A stretch of DNA of 64,000 nt from Spirochaetia bacterium (GTDB lineage: Bacteria > Spirochaetota > Spirochaetia > CADAEX01). Below, one piece after another: positions 19,883-30,757 of this stretch. Below the pieces are notes generated by a model. It did not search any database, had not been told where the DNA came from, and saw only the letters and a program-made list of their open reading frames with translations. The DNA lies in NCBI GenBank assembly GCA_963662795.1, contig OY759746.1, forward strand, positions 3,840,001 through 3,904,000, read 5' to 3'. The position numbers and the translations under genes are program-made. Each line of letters opens with the position of its first letter. Positions within the stretch are counted from its first letter, which is position 1.

Positions 19883-20719
19883 CTATCCTCCCACTCCGAT
19901 CAGCGCCGCTCCCGCAATGGAGAGGACAAGTCCTATAATACGCAAAACTGTAAGTTTTTCATGAAGAACTATCTTCTGCAGCAGGACTGTCGGGGCAGGA
20001 TAAAGAGCCGAGAGAATAACTGCAATAATCAGATAGCCGGTGCGGGCCGCCAGAAGATAGAATACATTTGCAGCCATATCAAGAAATCCGCTTAGAATGG
20101 TGACACGCCTTGTTCCTTTTTCCAGTCTGATCCTGGATTTTCTGAAAATGGTAAGAATGATGAAAAGGGGAACTGTCGCGAATCTTGCGGCCACAAGCGG
20201 CCATAGTCCCGAGCCCTCTGATGTTCTTGAAATCAATATAAAAAAACCGCCGAAAAAGGCGCCTGAAAAAAGGCCAAGACGGACTGACCGCATTACATGG
20301 TCATTTTTATCCCCTTTTTCCCAGGAAAGTAATAAAATCGCAGGCAGGGAAAGCGCAACACCTGTCCAGGTCAGAAGAGGAGGCCTTTCGCCTGTAATAA
20401 AGCCGAAGAGTACCGGCAAGGCAGCGCCGGAAAGAGCCGCCAACGGAGAAATTACCGATGCGATACCTTTTGAAAGGCCGTGGAACAGTATCATAACCCC
20501 GACAGCTCCCGAAATACCGGCTGCCATTCCCCAGATAATGTCTGCTCCGGCAACACTTAAGGAGCCCAGCAAAGGGGCGGCAATGAGTACCGTTATCAGC
20601 CCGGCGCCCTGAGACCAGGCTACTGTAGCCGTGGTTGAGTTTTTTCTGGAGGAAAACCCTCCCAGAAAATCGGCAGTTCCAAATGCGAAAGCAGACATCA
20701 GAGCGTAAATAATAACCAT
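19883..20719 (-). CDS. DMT/EamA family transporter
   Basis: About 10 TM in two repeats; FGTADFLGG, LHEKL. Confidence 0.88.
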   Translation of the reverse strand: MVIIYALMSAFAFGTADFLGGFSSRKNSTTATVAWSQGAGLITVLIAAPLLGSLSVAGADIIWGMAAGISGAVGVMILFHGLSKGIASVISPLAALSGAALPVLFGFITGERPPLLTWTGVALSLPAILLLSWEKGDKNDHVMRSVRLGLFSGAFFGGFFILISRTSEGSGLWPLVAARFATVPLFIILTIFRKSRIRLEKGTRRVTILSGFLDMAANVFYLLAARTGYLIIAVILSALYPAPTVLLQKIVLHEKLTVLRIIGLVLSIAGAALIGVGG

Positions 20720-20853
20720 GTAAAAATATTATCAGTTATACGGGTTTTAAAACAGCACCTTAACCTTCCTAATCAAATGTCTCCCGGTCCGCTTCTTCCG
20801 TATATTAAAAATAATTAGACAGATCCTTATAATCCTTTTATAATTTGCATACA

Positions 20854-21978
20854 ATGAATAACATAATATCAAAAAACAACACAAAACCGTTGTTCCCCAA
20901 TAAAGGTTTTTTATTTTTTATACTTGCCGCAACAGGCCTGTCTGCTTTTTTTCTCTCATCCTGCACAAGCGCGGCAAAAACTGTTTCCTCTGTAGTACCG
21001 GATGCCGCACTCAGGCAGTATGTGCTTGAAATTGAAGAGAACACAGAATTCATCCTGCCGCTTTATTACAGCGATATAATTTCACTGCCGCCCGATACAG
21101 GCAGATTCATCACTTACGATGGAGAGACCGGCAGTTATTATGTCCCCGGTAATGCTAAAGCAGCTGCGGCCGGAGGCGGGAATTCCTCATTTGAGACTGT
21201 ACCGGTATCACCAGGGGAAGGGGAACTTTCAGGATTCAGCTGCACCGCCAAAAATGAGGTTATCTACTGCAGTGCTGACGGAAATGTTTACAGAAACAGG
21301 AAAACCGCAGCAGGGATCTGGGAAGAGAAAAAGATATTTACAGCTGATCTGCAATCAGGCGCGGATAAAATCACGGCAATGGCAGCTGATGATAAAAATG
21401 TTTACCTCTGCACCAACAGAGAGGACTCAGGTATCTACAGATACACACATTCAGGAAAAGCCGAGGCTGTCATTAAACTAAAATATACTGCTGCTTCCGC
21501 GAAGAAGGAAATCAGGGCAATCGACATTAAAAGCAGCTACCTCTATCTCCTTTTTGATTCCGGGTTAATTTTACTTGCCGACTATGAGGAAAGAGGAGTT
21601 GAGGCAGGATATCTCCCCTCTGACAGGGATGCAGTGTTTACTTTTTTTACAGTCAGGCAGGAAGGCAGCAGCTCTGACCTCCTTCTTGCCCGTAAAGCTG
21701 TGAAAGGGATAAGGAGTTATTCACTTTTCCCCCTCTCATCCATGCACAAAATGAGGATTGAGGAAGGCTTTATCAAAAAAACAAATCCCCCTGTTTCAGG
21801 GTGCCGACATGTCCTTACAGACAGCAGCGGCAGGATAATTTTTCCTGTAAAAAGCACCCTTGTAAACCTTGATAATGTTATTCCCGGTTTTATTACTGTT
21901 ACGGGTATGATTCAGGATTCAGAAAACGGGGAAAAGATTCTTGTTGTTGCTTCTGTTGGCCGCAACACCGGCAGTTGA
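20854..21978 (+). CDS. Hypothetical lipoprotein (beta-propeller-like)
   Basis: LSSC lipobox and repeated beta-strand blades; start inferred from the upstream TATAAT. Confidence 0.6.
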   Translation: MNNIISKNNTKPLFPNKGFLFFILAATGLSAFFLSSCTSAAKTVSSVVPDAALRQYVLEIEENTEFILPLYYSDIISLPPDTGRFITYDGETGSYYVPGNAKAAAAGGGNSSFETVPVSPGEGELSGFSCTAKNEVIYCSADGNVYRNRKTAAGIWEEKKIFTADLQSGADKITAMAADDKNVYLCTNREDSGIYRYTHSGKAEAVIKLKYTAASAKKEIRAIDIKSSYLYLLFDSGLILLADYEERGVEAGYLPSDRDAVFTFFTVRQEGSSSDLLLARKAVKGIRSYSLFPLSSMHKMRIEEGFIKKTNPPVSGCRHVLTDSSGRIIFPVKSTLVNLDNVIPGFITVTGMIQDSENGEKILVVASVGRNTGS

Positions 21979-22962
21979 ATCCTGGTTTACAATTGAGGCG
22001 CATGGCCTGCCGGTAAGTACATCAAGCACGGCTGCTGCGCATTTCCTCTGTAAATCAGCCTGGGATTCAACCGAATACCAGGCAGCGTGATCAGTAAGAA
22101 TTATATTGTTAACAGAAAAAAGAGGGGAATCTGAGGGAAGCGGCTCTATTTCATGAACATCAACAGCAGCGCCGGCAATCTGTTTTTCGTCAAGAGCCTT
22201 AATCATCGATTCCGTGTCAATTACAGCTCCCCGTGAAGTATTTATTATAATTGCGGTATTTTTCATCAGCTTGAATTCCCTGCTTCCTATCATCCCTCTT
22301 GTCTCATCTGTCAATGGGATATTAAGGCTTATAAAATCACATTCCGCAAGCAGCTCATCAAGGCCGCACAGGAATGCCGGCCCGCCGTATGCGGATATTT
22401 CCGACAGCAGTGCCCTCTTTTCATCAGGATGATGATCGAATACCATGACAGAGGAAAACCCCAGTGATATTATTTTTTTGTGGAGAGCCTGGCCTGTCTT
22501 GCCGTAGCCGATTATTCCGAAATTTTTTCCGGATATTCTGTGCACCGGCACTTCTCCCCTTATGTTCCACTTTCCCTTGCGGATAAGGGTGTCTTTTACA
22601 GTTATATTCCTCACACAGCTGAAAAGGAGGGCAATAATATGCTCAGAAACTTCATCACTGCAGTAATCGGGGACATTTACAACTTTTATTCCCTTTTCAG
22701 ATGCGTACTTTACATCAACATTATCATATCCTATGCCGTAGCGCCCGATGACTGTGCATTTTTCAAGCCCTGAAATAAAGTTTTTGTTGATTTTATACAG
22801 GTTTACCAGGAGGGCATCAGCGTCTCTGCAAAGCTGCTTTAGTTCGGCCGGATCAGTAATTCCGCCGGCTTCTATCACTTCGCAGCCGTTTGAGCCTAAA
22901 ACTGTTTTTTCGGGATTGTGGTTATCATATCGATCTTCAAGAAGCACTATTTTATATTTCAT
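21919..22962 (-). CDS. D-isomer 2-hydroxyacid dehydrogenase (CtBP/SerA-like)
   Basis: RYGIGYDNVD, GIIGYG, INTSRG, DVHEIEP, HAAWYS. Confidence 0.9.
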   Translation of the reverse strand: MKYKIVLLEDRYDNHNPEKTVLGSNGCEVIEAGGITDPAELKQLCRDADALLVNLYKINKNFISGLEKCTVIGRYGIGYDNVDVKYASEKGIKVVNVPDYCSDEVSEHIIALLFSCVRNITVKDTLIRKGKWNIRGEVPVHRISGKNFGIIGYGKTGQALHKKIISLGFSSVMVFDHHPDEKRALLSEISAYGGPAFLCGLDELLAECDFISLNIPLTDETRGMIGSREFKLMKNTAIIINTSRGAVIDTESMIKALDEKQIAGAAVDVHEIEPLPSDSPLFSVNNIILTDHAAWYSVESQADLQRKCAAAVLDVLTGRPCASIVNQDSTAGVAANRSNNKNLFPVF

Positions 22963-23036
22963 TGGGATTCAGCCTAAAACATAAAAGGGGTAATTTCAAG
23001 CAGTTTTTTCTCTGCGTGTATTGCTTTACAGCAAAT

Positions 23037-24296
23037 CTAAAACAGCTCTTCAAGCACATACAGATAGTTTTCCCCGGTGCCGAAGATTATCCATCTGCCT
23101 GCTATTACAGGTGAGCTGAGTATCTCTCCGTCTGTATCGATTTCCCATAAGACTTTACCGCTTCCTGCATCAATACATTTAAGGGAAGGGTTTATTTCCA
23201 GATATTTATCCCCCCTTGTTCCAAGGTATATCCTGTTGCCAGCAACTGAGGGGGCTGATGAGACAGGCGCATCAAATTTCCTTTCCCACAAAAGTTCTCC
23301 TGTTGTGGATTTGAAAGCTTTCAGGGAATCATTGCCCGGGCTGTATATTACATTGTCCTTCCATACCGCCGGAGCCATGTAATCAAGAAGGTAGATATTC
23401 TCCCAGAACAGGTCTTCCGCTATGTAGTTTTCGTAATCTACAGGATCTGTTACTTCCGTATTTTTCCATATTATTTCCCCTGTAAGGGCATCGAGTGCAT
23501 AGTACTCAAACAGGAACTGGTTGCCAATTACGCCGCAGGCGGCAAAATGGACAGCATCTCCCGATACTGCGGGAAACGAATACCAGGAAAGACCGTCTTC
23601 ATCAGTGCGGAACAGCCAGAGAAACCTGTTTTCATCAATACTGTATGCACCCAGGCTGAACGGATCGTCTTCCGGCCCCGGGAGAAAATAGACTACTCCG
23701 TTATTGATCTGGAAGCTGTTATATTCCCAGACATAATTGGTAACGGCAGACAACTCAACACCCTCTTTTGAGAAAAAATGGGTAGCCCCCGTATCTGTTG
23801 TAAAAACTATTGAATCGTTATAACCGATAATTGTCGAGTTTACAGGGAAACCCGTAAAGTGCTCCCAGGCAGGATCCCCGCTTTTATGGTAAACCGCGTA
23901 GATGTACCCATCAGTCGATCCGAAGTAAACTTTTTCATCATCAACATAGGGAACAGAGTTTACAGGAGCTCTTGTCTTGAAAACCCATCTCATAAATCCT
24001 GTGTTGATATCAAGCGCGTAAAAATTGCTGTCTGATGAGCCGAAGTAAAGAGTGTTCTTATAAACTACCGGCGGATTAAAGTGCCTTTCCCGGGCGCTCC
24101 CTTCCTGAAGCTGCAGTTTCCATTTTATCCCTACCGGAGGATATATTTTATCACTTGAATATCCCCTGCCCCCTTCTCCGCGGAACATGACCCAGTCCCT
24201 GCTGGATCTGTATCCGCACCCGGAAAAAGCAAGGAGAATGAAAAAAACAGGCAGAACCGCAACTAGCCGGCGGCTGATAAAGAGATTTTTTTTCAT
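23037..24296 (-). CDS. PQQ-like beta-propeller lipoprotein (BamB-like repeats)
   Basis: FSGC lipobox; repeated YALD..TG...W blades. Confidence 0.88.
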   Translation of the reverse strand: MKKNLFISRRLVAVLPVFFILLAFSGCGYRSSRDWVMFRGEGGRGYSSDKIYPPVGIKWKLQLQEGSARERHFNPPVVYKNTLYFGSSDSNFYALDINTGFMRWVFKTRAPVNSVPYVDDEKVYFGSTDGYIYAVYHKSGDPAWEHFTGFPVNSTIIGYNDSIVFTTDTGATHFFSKEGVELSAVTNYVWEYNSFQINNGVVYFLPGPEDDPFSLGAYSIDENRFLWLFRTDEDGLSWYSFPAVSGDAVHFAACGVIGNQFLFEYYALDALTGEIIWKNTEVTDPVDYENYIAEDLFWENIYLLDYMAPAVWKDNVIYSPGNDSLKAFKSTTGELLWERKFDAPVSSAPSVAGNRIYLGTRGDKYLEINPSLKCIDAGSGKVLWEIDTDGEILSSPVIAGRWIIFGTGENYLYVLEELF

Positions 24297-26518
24297 CAGT
24301 AAAATACTCCTCTGAGGCTTAAGAGGTATTTAAAGTGTTCTGTAACACCTTTTGGAGATGTCAGGGAGATGAGTCTTGAATATTCGGCCCCGAACCGGTT
24401 CACAACCTCATCATACTCATTCCCGGTATAGACACTCCTGTAAAGGAGTTCTGTAAAAAGTATTGCAAATTTCCTGAATTCACGGTTTATCTCACCGTAC
24501 TCTTCAGGAGTCATTGTCTTTAACTTGAGCGGATATCCTGAAAGGAACAGTCTGTGAAGAATATATTTGTACCTCTCTTCAAACGAAAGGGGAACCGGCT
24601 TTAATGATTTAAAGGCAAGAGAAAAGAGGATAAAAGCCTTGTAAAGATAAAGGAGCGCCGCGACAGATGCAAAAATTAGTGCGGTAAGGGACAAAAGCAT
24701 CTTCCATGGAAAGATAAACGCCTGACTCCTGTCTTTGACGTCACGTATAATCGGAATTACAACCTGGGCGCTGTTGGGATCTCCGTTTTCAGGCGGAATA
24801 GCGAATTCAGTAGTTTCAAAATCCACCCAGCCGAATCCCGGTACATAAAATTGTACCCATGAGTGCCTGTGGGCAGTGGTAACCAGCTTAAGCTTTTCAA
24901 GAGGGATATCGGCAATTTTATCGAGGCTCTGCTTTAAGACAGATAAGGCCTCAATGTGTGAAGGAGACTGGAGCCCGTCAGAAGCAAGATACCCCCGCAC
25001 AACGCGTGACGGAATCCCGGACATCCTGCCAATAAGAGCGGCAGCATTTGAAAATTCAGTACAGTCGCCTGAAAAATCTCCGGCAATAAAACGGCTTAAC
25101 CGCTCGACAGTTGAATCCTCCTCATAGCCTAGTTCATACTGATATTTTGAAAACCCTTTAAGGATAGCGCTTATTTTTTTATTGTATGAAACATTTTCAA
25201 TACCGAGGGAGGCAATATATTCGCCGAATATTTTTTTATGCCTTTCATCAAGAGGCACTTCAAGATATGAAGCAAGGTCCTTACTTTCATCATCTGACAG
25301 GGGGCCGGTATCAAGCCTCTGGAGTATTTCAGTATCAAGAGGAGATATCATGGATATGGAATTATAAGAATAGGAAAAAGGATAAGTTTCCTGCGAATAG
25401 ACTGTCGGCTCGACAAGCTTTGGAAGATACGGGAGAACCCGCTCAGGTATTGCTGAAAGGAAAAAAGCCGGGATTTCTTCCCTGAACCCGCCTGAATCGC
25501 CCGAACTCTGATATGCATATGGATTTACCCATGTCTCAAGCAGCCTCTGTGTCTTTAAGGTATTGAGGGTTTCCTCGCTAAGCCCGCCGGCGGCAGATGA
25601 CCCGTTTTCCGAATAGACAAACCCCTTGACCGGATTAAAGCCTCCAAGGTAATCCCAGGCGGAATAAAGATCGCTCCTGTCAGAAGCAACTATCATTACA
25701 GCATACTGTTTGCTGTTACTTGTTGAGGAGGCCCTGCTCCGTCTGCCCCACTTCTCTGAAGGAACGCCTGACAACTTTCCATCCTTGTTATCCTCCTCCC
25801 CTTCCGCGCCGGAGGATGATATTGCCTTTTCATTCCTGAAATTGAGTATGAAATCGTTGGCGGCAAAATCCACTGGAATAAAAAGGACTGCTGCTGCAAG
25901 AAGAGGCACCATCACGCCGAAAAAGATAAGAATTTCTCTTTTAAAATCAGACAGTCTGCCGCTCCCGGCGCGCGAACTTGAGTTATAAAGGAGCAGAGAG
26001 AGAAAGAGGTACGAGATAATCAAAAAAATATAGAACAGGGGAATCATAGAGGAGGAACTCTGCCATGAAGACTCCGAAGCTCTTGAAAACTCAAGAAGAC
26101 GGTAAAAAATGTAATAGATAAACGCAGGTTCAATAAAGACGAGTGAAACAGCACCTGATCTGAATACAAGGAAACTGTAGATAAAAAGGGCCGGGATAAT
26201 GATAATGGTTTTGGGAATAAACTCATGAAAACCCGGGACTACTGCCAGGAGAAATGGAAAGAGAACAGCGATGAACAGGATTAAGCGCCGTTTCCCTGAC
26301 TGTATTTTTTTATGCATGGAAATCTGCGAAAAGAGATAAGAAAGAACAGCTTCAAAGGGAACAAGGAGAAACCAGAAAGCAAAGCCGGCGCTGTCATAAC
26401 CGACAACAACAGAGGATGAGAGTAAAGGGGCGCAAACTGCCGCAAAGTATACTGTGAGCCTTAAAACAAGGGGGAGTAAATATATTTTGTTGCTGTTTTT
26501 ACTGCCGTTGTAAAGCAT
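24296..26518 (-). CDS. Membrane transglutaminase-like domain protein
   Basis: N-terminal TM bundle; GDCTEF, GIPSRVV.GY, HSWVQFY.PG.GWV.FE. Confidence 0.88.
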   Translation of the reverse strand: MLYNGSKNSNKIYLLPLVLRLTVYFAAVCAPLLSSSVVVGYDSAGFAFWFLLVPFEAVLSYLFSQISMHKKIQSGKRRLILFIAVLFPFLLAVVPGFHEFIPKTIIIIPALFIYSFLVFRSGAVSLVFIEPAFIYYIFYRLLEFSRASESSWQSSSSMIPLFYIFLIISYLFLSLLLYNSSSRAGSGRLSDFKREILIFFGVMVPLLAAAVLFIPVDFAANDFILNFRNEKAISSSGAEGEEDNKDGKLSGVPSEKWGRRSRASSTSNSKQYAVMIVASDRSDLYSAWDYLGGFNPVKGFVYSENGSSAAGGLSEETLNTLKTQRLLETWVNPYAYQSSGDSGGFREEIPAFFLSAIPERVLPYLPKLVEPTVYSQETYPFSYSYNSISMISPLDTEILQRLDTGPLSDDESKDLASYLEVPLDERHKKIFGEYIASLGIENVSYNKKISAILKGFSKYQYELGYEEDSTVERLSRFIAGDFSGDCTEFSNAAALIGRMSGIPSRVVRGYLASDGLQSPSHIEALSVLKQSLDKIADIPLEKLKLVTTAHRHSWVQFYVPGFGWVDFETTEFAIPPENGDPNSAQVVIPIIRDVKDRSQAFIFPWKMLLSLTALIFASVAALLYLYKAFILFSLAFKSLKPVPLSFEERYKYILHRLFLSGYPLKLKTMTPEEYGEINREFRKFAILFTELLYRSVYTGNEYDEVVNRFGAEYSRLISLTSPKGVTEHFKYLLSLRGVFY

Positions 26519-26524
26519 CTTTCT

Positions 26525-27964
26525 TTAAGCCTCTTTATCCTTTTTAACGGATATGGTTTTATCTCCCATATTCATTCTGATCTTAACCATTTTAATCTTA
26601 TCCCCCGGAAAGGATATCTTCTGCCGGGAAGTCCTGTTTCCCCTTCCGGCAGTAATTACCGGCGACAGCCGTGCCATCCCCCAGTAAAACGATAACGGCC
26701 TGTAAAGCGCGCAAAATGCAAAATCCCTTATCCTGCAGGGGATATAATTGCCTCCATCCCCGTATTTTTCGTCATTTTTGTATTTCCCTGTATCAAATTC
26801 AGGAAGATAGCACGCAGAAACAGCATCGCCGTCCATTTTTTTAAGGGCAGGCATAAGTATATCCGATGTTTCTGCAAAAATGCAGACTTTACTTCCGGGA
26901 AGTATTTCAGAGAGAAAGGAAAGGTCTGTAGTCCTGTCACTATCCGATGCTGCGGAAGAAGAGAGAAGCTGGGAAGCCCTGTAAAAATCAGAGTTTTCCC
27001 TGACTATACATCTGCTGCCGTCGATGAGTATCTGGAATTCACATTTTCCCGCTTCCTCTTTTGCCCTTCTGAGAAAGGTATAAAAAAACTCCCTGAAATA
27101 TTTACCCCTTATAAAACTTCTGTATGAATCTCCCTTGATGCCATTCCGGGAACCTGCCGCGTCTGAGGCATTACTTCTGTCGTCTCCGCTCAGGTAGATG
27201 AAAGTCATCAGCTCAGATTCCTCCCTTCCCCCCGGCGATATCCTTGTAACAAGTTTTCCGATCTTTCCACTTGACTTCCAGTTGATATCCCTGTAAAGAT
27301 CTCCCTGCACATATTCCCTCATCAGATATTTTTCCATATCATTGTCATACTTTCTGTGCTTCGTAATAAGATCTGTCCTTAAAAAGGAAAGATCGGCCCG
27401 GGCATCATGGCTGTAGCCCGGCAGTACGGGAAAATCCTTTAATTTTTCACTGAATATTTTTATCCTCACCAGTGCGAATATGTCCTCCGCAAAAATATTT
27501 ATCATGCCGGAAACAGTTCCGGGATAGCGGAATGAAAAACTGAATCTGAAAGTCCCTTTGCTGTCTGATCTGTGCCTGCCTGTAGATAAGGGAGAAACAG
27601 AACCGGAAGTTCTCCCCTGTGCCTTGATGACAAGAGCGTAACGGGAAAACAGCGGCGGTTTCTTCCCCTCAGCTGTTACTGTCTGCCTGTTTAAAGGAGT
27701 GTCATCATTATCATTTAAAGGGGCGGAATCAATTATACCCTCAGATTTCCATACAATCCTTTCAACAGGCGAAACTCTTGTGTAAAAAAAAATCAGCCCC
27801 CACACTGAAAGGATAAATACTATAAAAAATGAGGAAACTGATACAGCTGTATAGTTGGATACAGTGAGTCCCCTTCCAAGCGAATAAAGTGAAAAGAAAA
27901 ACATTACAGTTCCGGGAAGAGTAAAAGGATAACTGTTGATAAAAGCTTTAAAAAGCTTCTTCAT
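26525..27964 (-). CDS. DUF58 domain protein
   Basis: REYVQGDLYRDINWKSSGK motif; follows MoxR. Confidence 0.85.
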   Translation of the reverse strand: MKKLFKAFINSYPFTLPGTVMFFFSLYSLGRGLTVSNYTAVSVSSFFIVFILSVWGLIFFYTRVSPVERIVWKSEGIIDSAPLNDNDDTPLNRQTVTAEGKKPPLFSRYALVIKAQGRTSGSVSPLSTGRHRSDSKGTFRFSFSFRYPGTVSGMINIFAEDIFALVRIKIFSEKLKDFPVLPGYSHDARADLSFLRTDLITKHRKYDNDMEKYLMREYVQGDLYRDINWKSSGKIGKLVTRISPGGREESELMTFIYLSGDDRSNASDAAGSRNGIKGDSYRSFIRGKYFREFFYTFLRRAKEEAGKCEFQILIDGSRCIVRENSDFYRASQLLSSSAASDSDRTTDLSFLSEILPGSKVCIFAETSDILMPALKKMDGDAVSACYLPEFDTGKYKNDEKYGDGGNYIPCRIRDFAFCALYRPLSFYWGMARLSPVITAGRGNRTSRQKISFPGDKIKMVKIRMNMGDKTISVKKDKEA

Positions 27965-28968
27965 CTCGCGACTTTAATTGATTCGATTATATCAGCAAGT
28001 ATGCCGGCAGGAACTCCCGCGCTTTCCCTTACTGTAACCCTGTGGCTGATTGCAGGAACAAACAGCTCCTTGATTATATCAGGTGTAACATAGTTAAGCC
28101 CTCTCACCAGTGCAAGCGCTCTTGCAAGACGTGAAAGCTTGACGCCTGCCCGCGGGCTTGCGCCCTGAAGCAGATAGGGATTCTCCCGGGTTGCCCTTAT
28201 GGCTTTCACAATATAATCAACAAGCTCATTATGAATAGTAACCTTGTCTACCATCTCCTGCCATCCGATAAGTTCTTCCGCCTTTACAACCTGTTTGAAG
28301 GATGCCCACCCGTCGCTCCTGCTGTGCTGAATTACAATGCTTTTTTCATCATCAAAACCGGGAATGCCCATTGATATCTGTATCATAAACCTGTCAAGCT
28401 GCGGTGCGGGAAGAGGAAAGAGGTGCGCCCCTTCGAGGTTCATTGTGGCAATAATAAAAAACGGGGAAGGAAGATTATATGTCTTTCCTTCAACAGTTAC
28501 CTTCTGTTCTTCCATAGCCTGGAAAAAAGAACCCTGTGTTTTGGGTGTAAGGAGGTTTATCTCATCACAGAGGACAAAATTTGCGAAAATCGGCCCCTTG
28601 CTGAACATGAAATTACCATCTTTGCCGTCAAGACGTGTATAACCGATTATATCCTGAGGCAGCAGATCGACGGTACACTGTATCCTGCTGAACGGGTCGA
28701 TCTGTATCGTGCTGTCTCCCGTATCAACAGTTTTATAGTGGGAATTATCGATTGAGCCTGCAAGGGCTCTTGCGAGTGATGTTTTACCGACACCGTGTGT
28801 ATCTGCAAGGATGACATGACCGCCCGCTATCTTTGAGGCGATTATATATTCGAGCCGCAGCCTGTTCACATAGATAACACTTTTAATATTATCTATAAGT
28901 GCTGCAATTTTTCCGCTTATTTCTACTGCCCGCTCTTCATGCAGGGCTTTTGACATGCTTTCTTCCAT
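27961..28968 (-). CDS. MoxR family AAA+ ATPase
   Basis: GVGKT, RIQCTVDLLPQDI, DEIN, AMEE, PLP.PQLDRF, GASPR. Confidence 0.93.
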   Translation of the reverse strand: MEESMSKALHEERAVEISGKIAALIDNIKSVIYVNRLRLEYIIASKIAGGHVILADTHGVGKTSLARALAGSIDNSHYKTVDTGDSTIQIDPFSRIQCTVDLLPQDIIGYTRLDGKDGNFMFSKGPIFANFVLCDEINLLTPKTQGSFFQAMEEQKVTVEGKTYNLPSPFFIIATMNLEGAHLFPLPAPQLDRFMIQISMGIPGFDDEKSIVIQHSRSDGWASFKQVVKAEELIGWQEMVDKVTIHNELVDYIVKAIRATRENPYLLQGASPRAGVKLSRLARALALVRGLNYVTPDIIKELFVPAISHRVTVRESAGVPAGILADIIESIKVAR

Positions 28969-29152
28969 AATGTCTAGAATTTAATTCAAATTTCTTTTCT
29001 AATCAATCATTATTGTCAGGAGAAAGGAAAAGTGCCGCAATATTCCGGAGGGCTGCAAAAACTGAACCTGTAATGAAATATACAGGTCTCTGTATGATTT
29101 TAAAAAAGTAGAACATTACGAAAAGCTGTTGTATACTTAAGCAGATACAAAT

Positions 29153-30754
29153 ATGAACAAAATCGATATCATAAATCCGCCCAGCAATATCAAAACAAAA
29201 ATCACCCTGCTTTCAACAGGAGTCGTTTTCATATCGCTCATCATGGTTGCGCTTCTTCTCGGCCAGTTTTCCTTTGTAAAGGTGGAAACCCTGCTTGATA
29301 ACCATGTCATGAATATAGCGAGAACAGTTTCGCTTATCCCTGATATAAAAAAGAATATCGGAACGGAAAACGGGGATGAGATAATCCAGCCTATAACAGA
29401 GAACATCAGGAAAAAGACAGGAACAGAATACATAATTGTATTTGACTATCAGAGAAAAAAATATTCAGATCCGGTTGTTTCAGAGATAGGAAAGGAGATA
29501 TCGGGATGGGACTGGATGGATGTGCTTCTGGGGAGAGAATACATTCTTAAGGCATCAACACCTGCAGGTCCCATCCTTAAAGCCTATGTGCCTGTAGTCA
29601 ACAATGAAAACAGACAGACAGGAGCAGTTCTTGTTGGAATGATGCTCAAAAATATAAACGACCTGTCTGTTGAAATCAGGTTCAGCATAACAGCTGTAAC
29701 AATTATCGGGCTTTTTATCGGGATGATCGGCTCATCCATCCTTGCAGACAATATCAAAAACACAATGTTTAACCTCGAACCCTATGAAATTGCCACATTT
29801 TTCATGGAATTCGAAGCAGTACTTGAATCAGTCAGGGATGCGATTATAGCTGTTGATGAGAACTGCATGATTACAATGGCAAACGGGGAAGCCAGAAGGA
29901 TGCTCAATGTTGAAAAAATAAACAGGGGAGAAGACCTTAAACTGCTTATGCCCAATTCCAGGCTTCCTGAAGTTATCGAGTCAGGAGAACCCGAGTTTGA
30001 CCAGGAACAGACAATCGGTAACTTCAGGGTAATAGGAAACAAGATCCCGATTGTTATCAAAGGAAAAATTACAGGCGCCATTGCAAGCTACAGGGACATA
30101 ACTGAGATGCTCTCTCTTGCCGAAGAGCTCACCGGAGTAAAGGAATATGTTGAGGCGCTTCGGATCCAGAATCACGAATTCTCAAACAAGATGCACACTC
30201 TTTCGGGGCTTATCCAGCTCGAAGAATACGGCAAGGCGCTTGAATACATATCATCCCAGACAGATATTCACACAAACATCCTTTCTTTTGTCTCAAGAAA
30301 AATCCACAGCGCGGCAGTAGCCGGACTTCTGCTGGGGAAAAGAGGCAAATGCCTTGAGCTGGGCGTTGACTTTACGATTGACCAGGACAGCAACCTTGGA
30401 AGAATAGGCTCAACTGACAGCAGTTCTCTGGTAGTCATAATAGGCAACCTGCTTGAAAACGCCATAACAGCTGTATCAGATAATGAGAAAGATAAGCGTA
30501 AAGTTATTTTCTCCATATTCCATGAACTTGATAAAGTATATATAACTGTAGCTGATAACGGAATCGGGGTTACCTCTGAAGTTGCAAAAAACATTTACAA
30601 CAAGGGGTTCACTACCAAAAAGAACTATAACAGCGGCTACGGACTTTATCTTACAAAATCAATAGTTGACTCCTATGACGGAGAAATCAATTTTGACAGG
30701 AACAAGGACGGAATGACAGAGTTTTTTATAATCCTTCCGATAAAAGAGGTATAG
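29153..30754 (+). CDS. CitA/DcuS-type sensor histidine kinase
   Basis: 2 TM with sCache, LEPYEIA, PAS, LRIQNHEFSNK, GNLLENA, DNGIG, GFTTK, GYGL. Confidence 0.92.
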   Translation: MNKIDIINPPSNIKTKITLLSTGVVFISLIMVALLLGQFSFVKVETLLDNHVMNIARTVSLIPDIKKNIGTENGDEIIQPITENIRKKTGTEYIIVFDYQRKKYSDPVVSEIGKEISGWDWMDVLLGREYILKASTPAGPILKAYVPVVNNENRQTGAVLVGMMLKNINDLSVEIRFSITAVTIIGLFIGMIGSSILADNIKNTMFNLEPYEIATFFMEFEAVLESVRDAIIAVDENCMITMANGEARRMLNVEKINRGEDLKLLMPNSRLPEVIESGEPEFDQEQTIGNFRVIGNKIPIVIKGKITGAIASYRDITEMLSLAEELTGVKEYVEALRIQNHEFSNKMHTLSGLIQLEEYGKALEYISSQTDIHTNILSFVSRKIHSAAVAGLLLGKRGKCLELGVDFTIDQDSNLGRIGSTDSSSLVVIIGNLLENAITAVSDNEKDKRKVIFSIFHELDKVYITVADNGIGVTSEVAKNIYNKGFTTKKNYNSGYGLYLTKSIVDSYDGEINFDRNKDGMTEFFIILPIKEV

Positions 30755-30757
30755 GAA

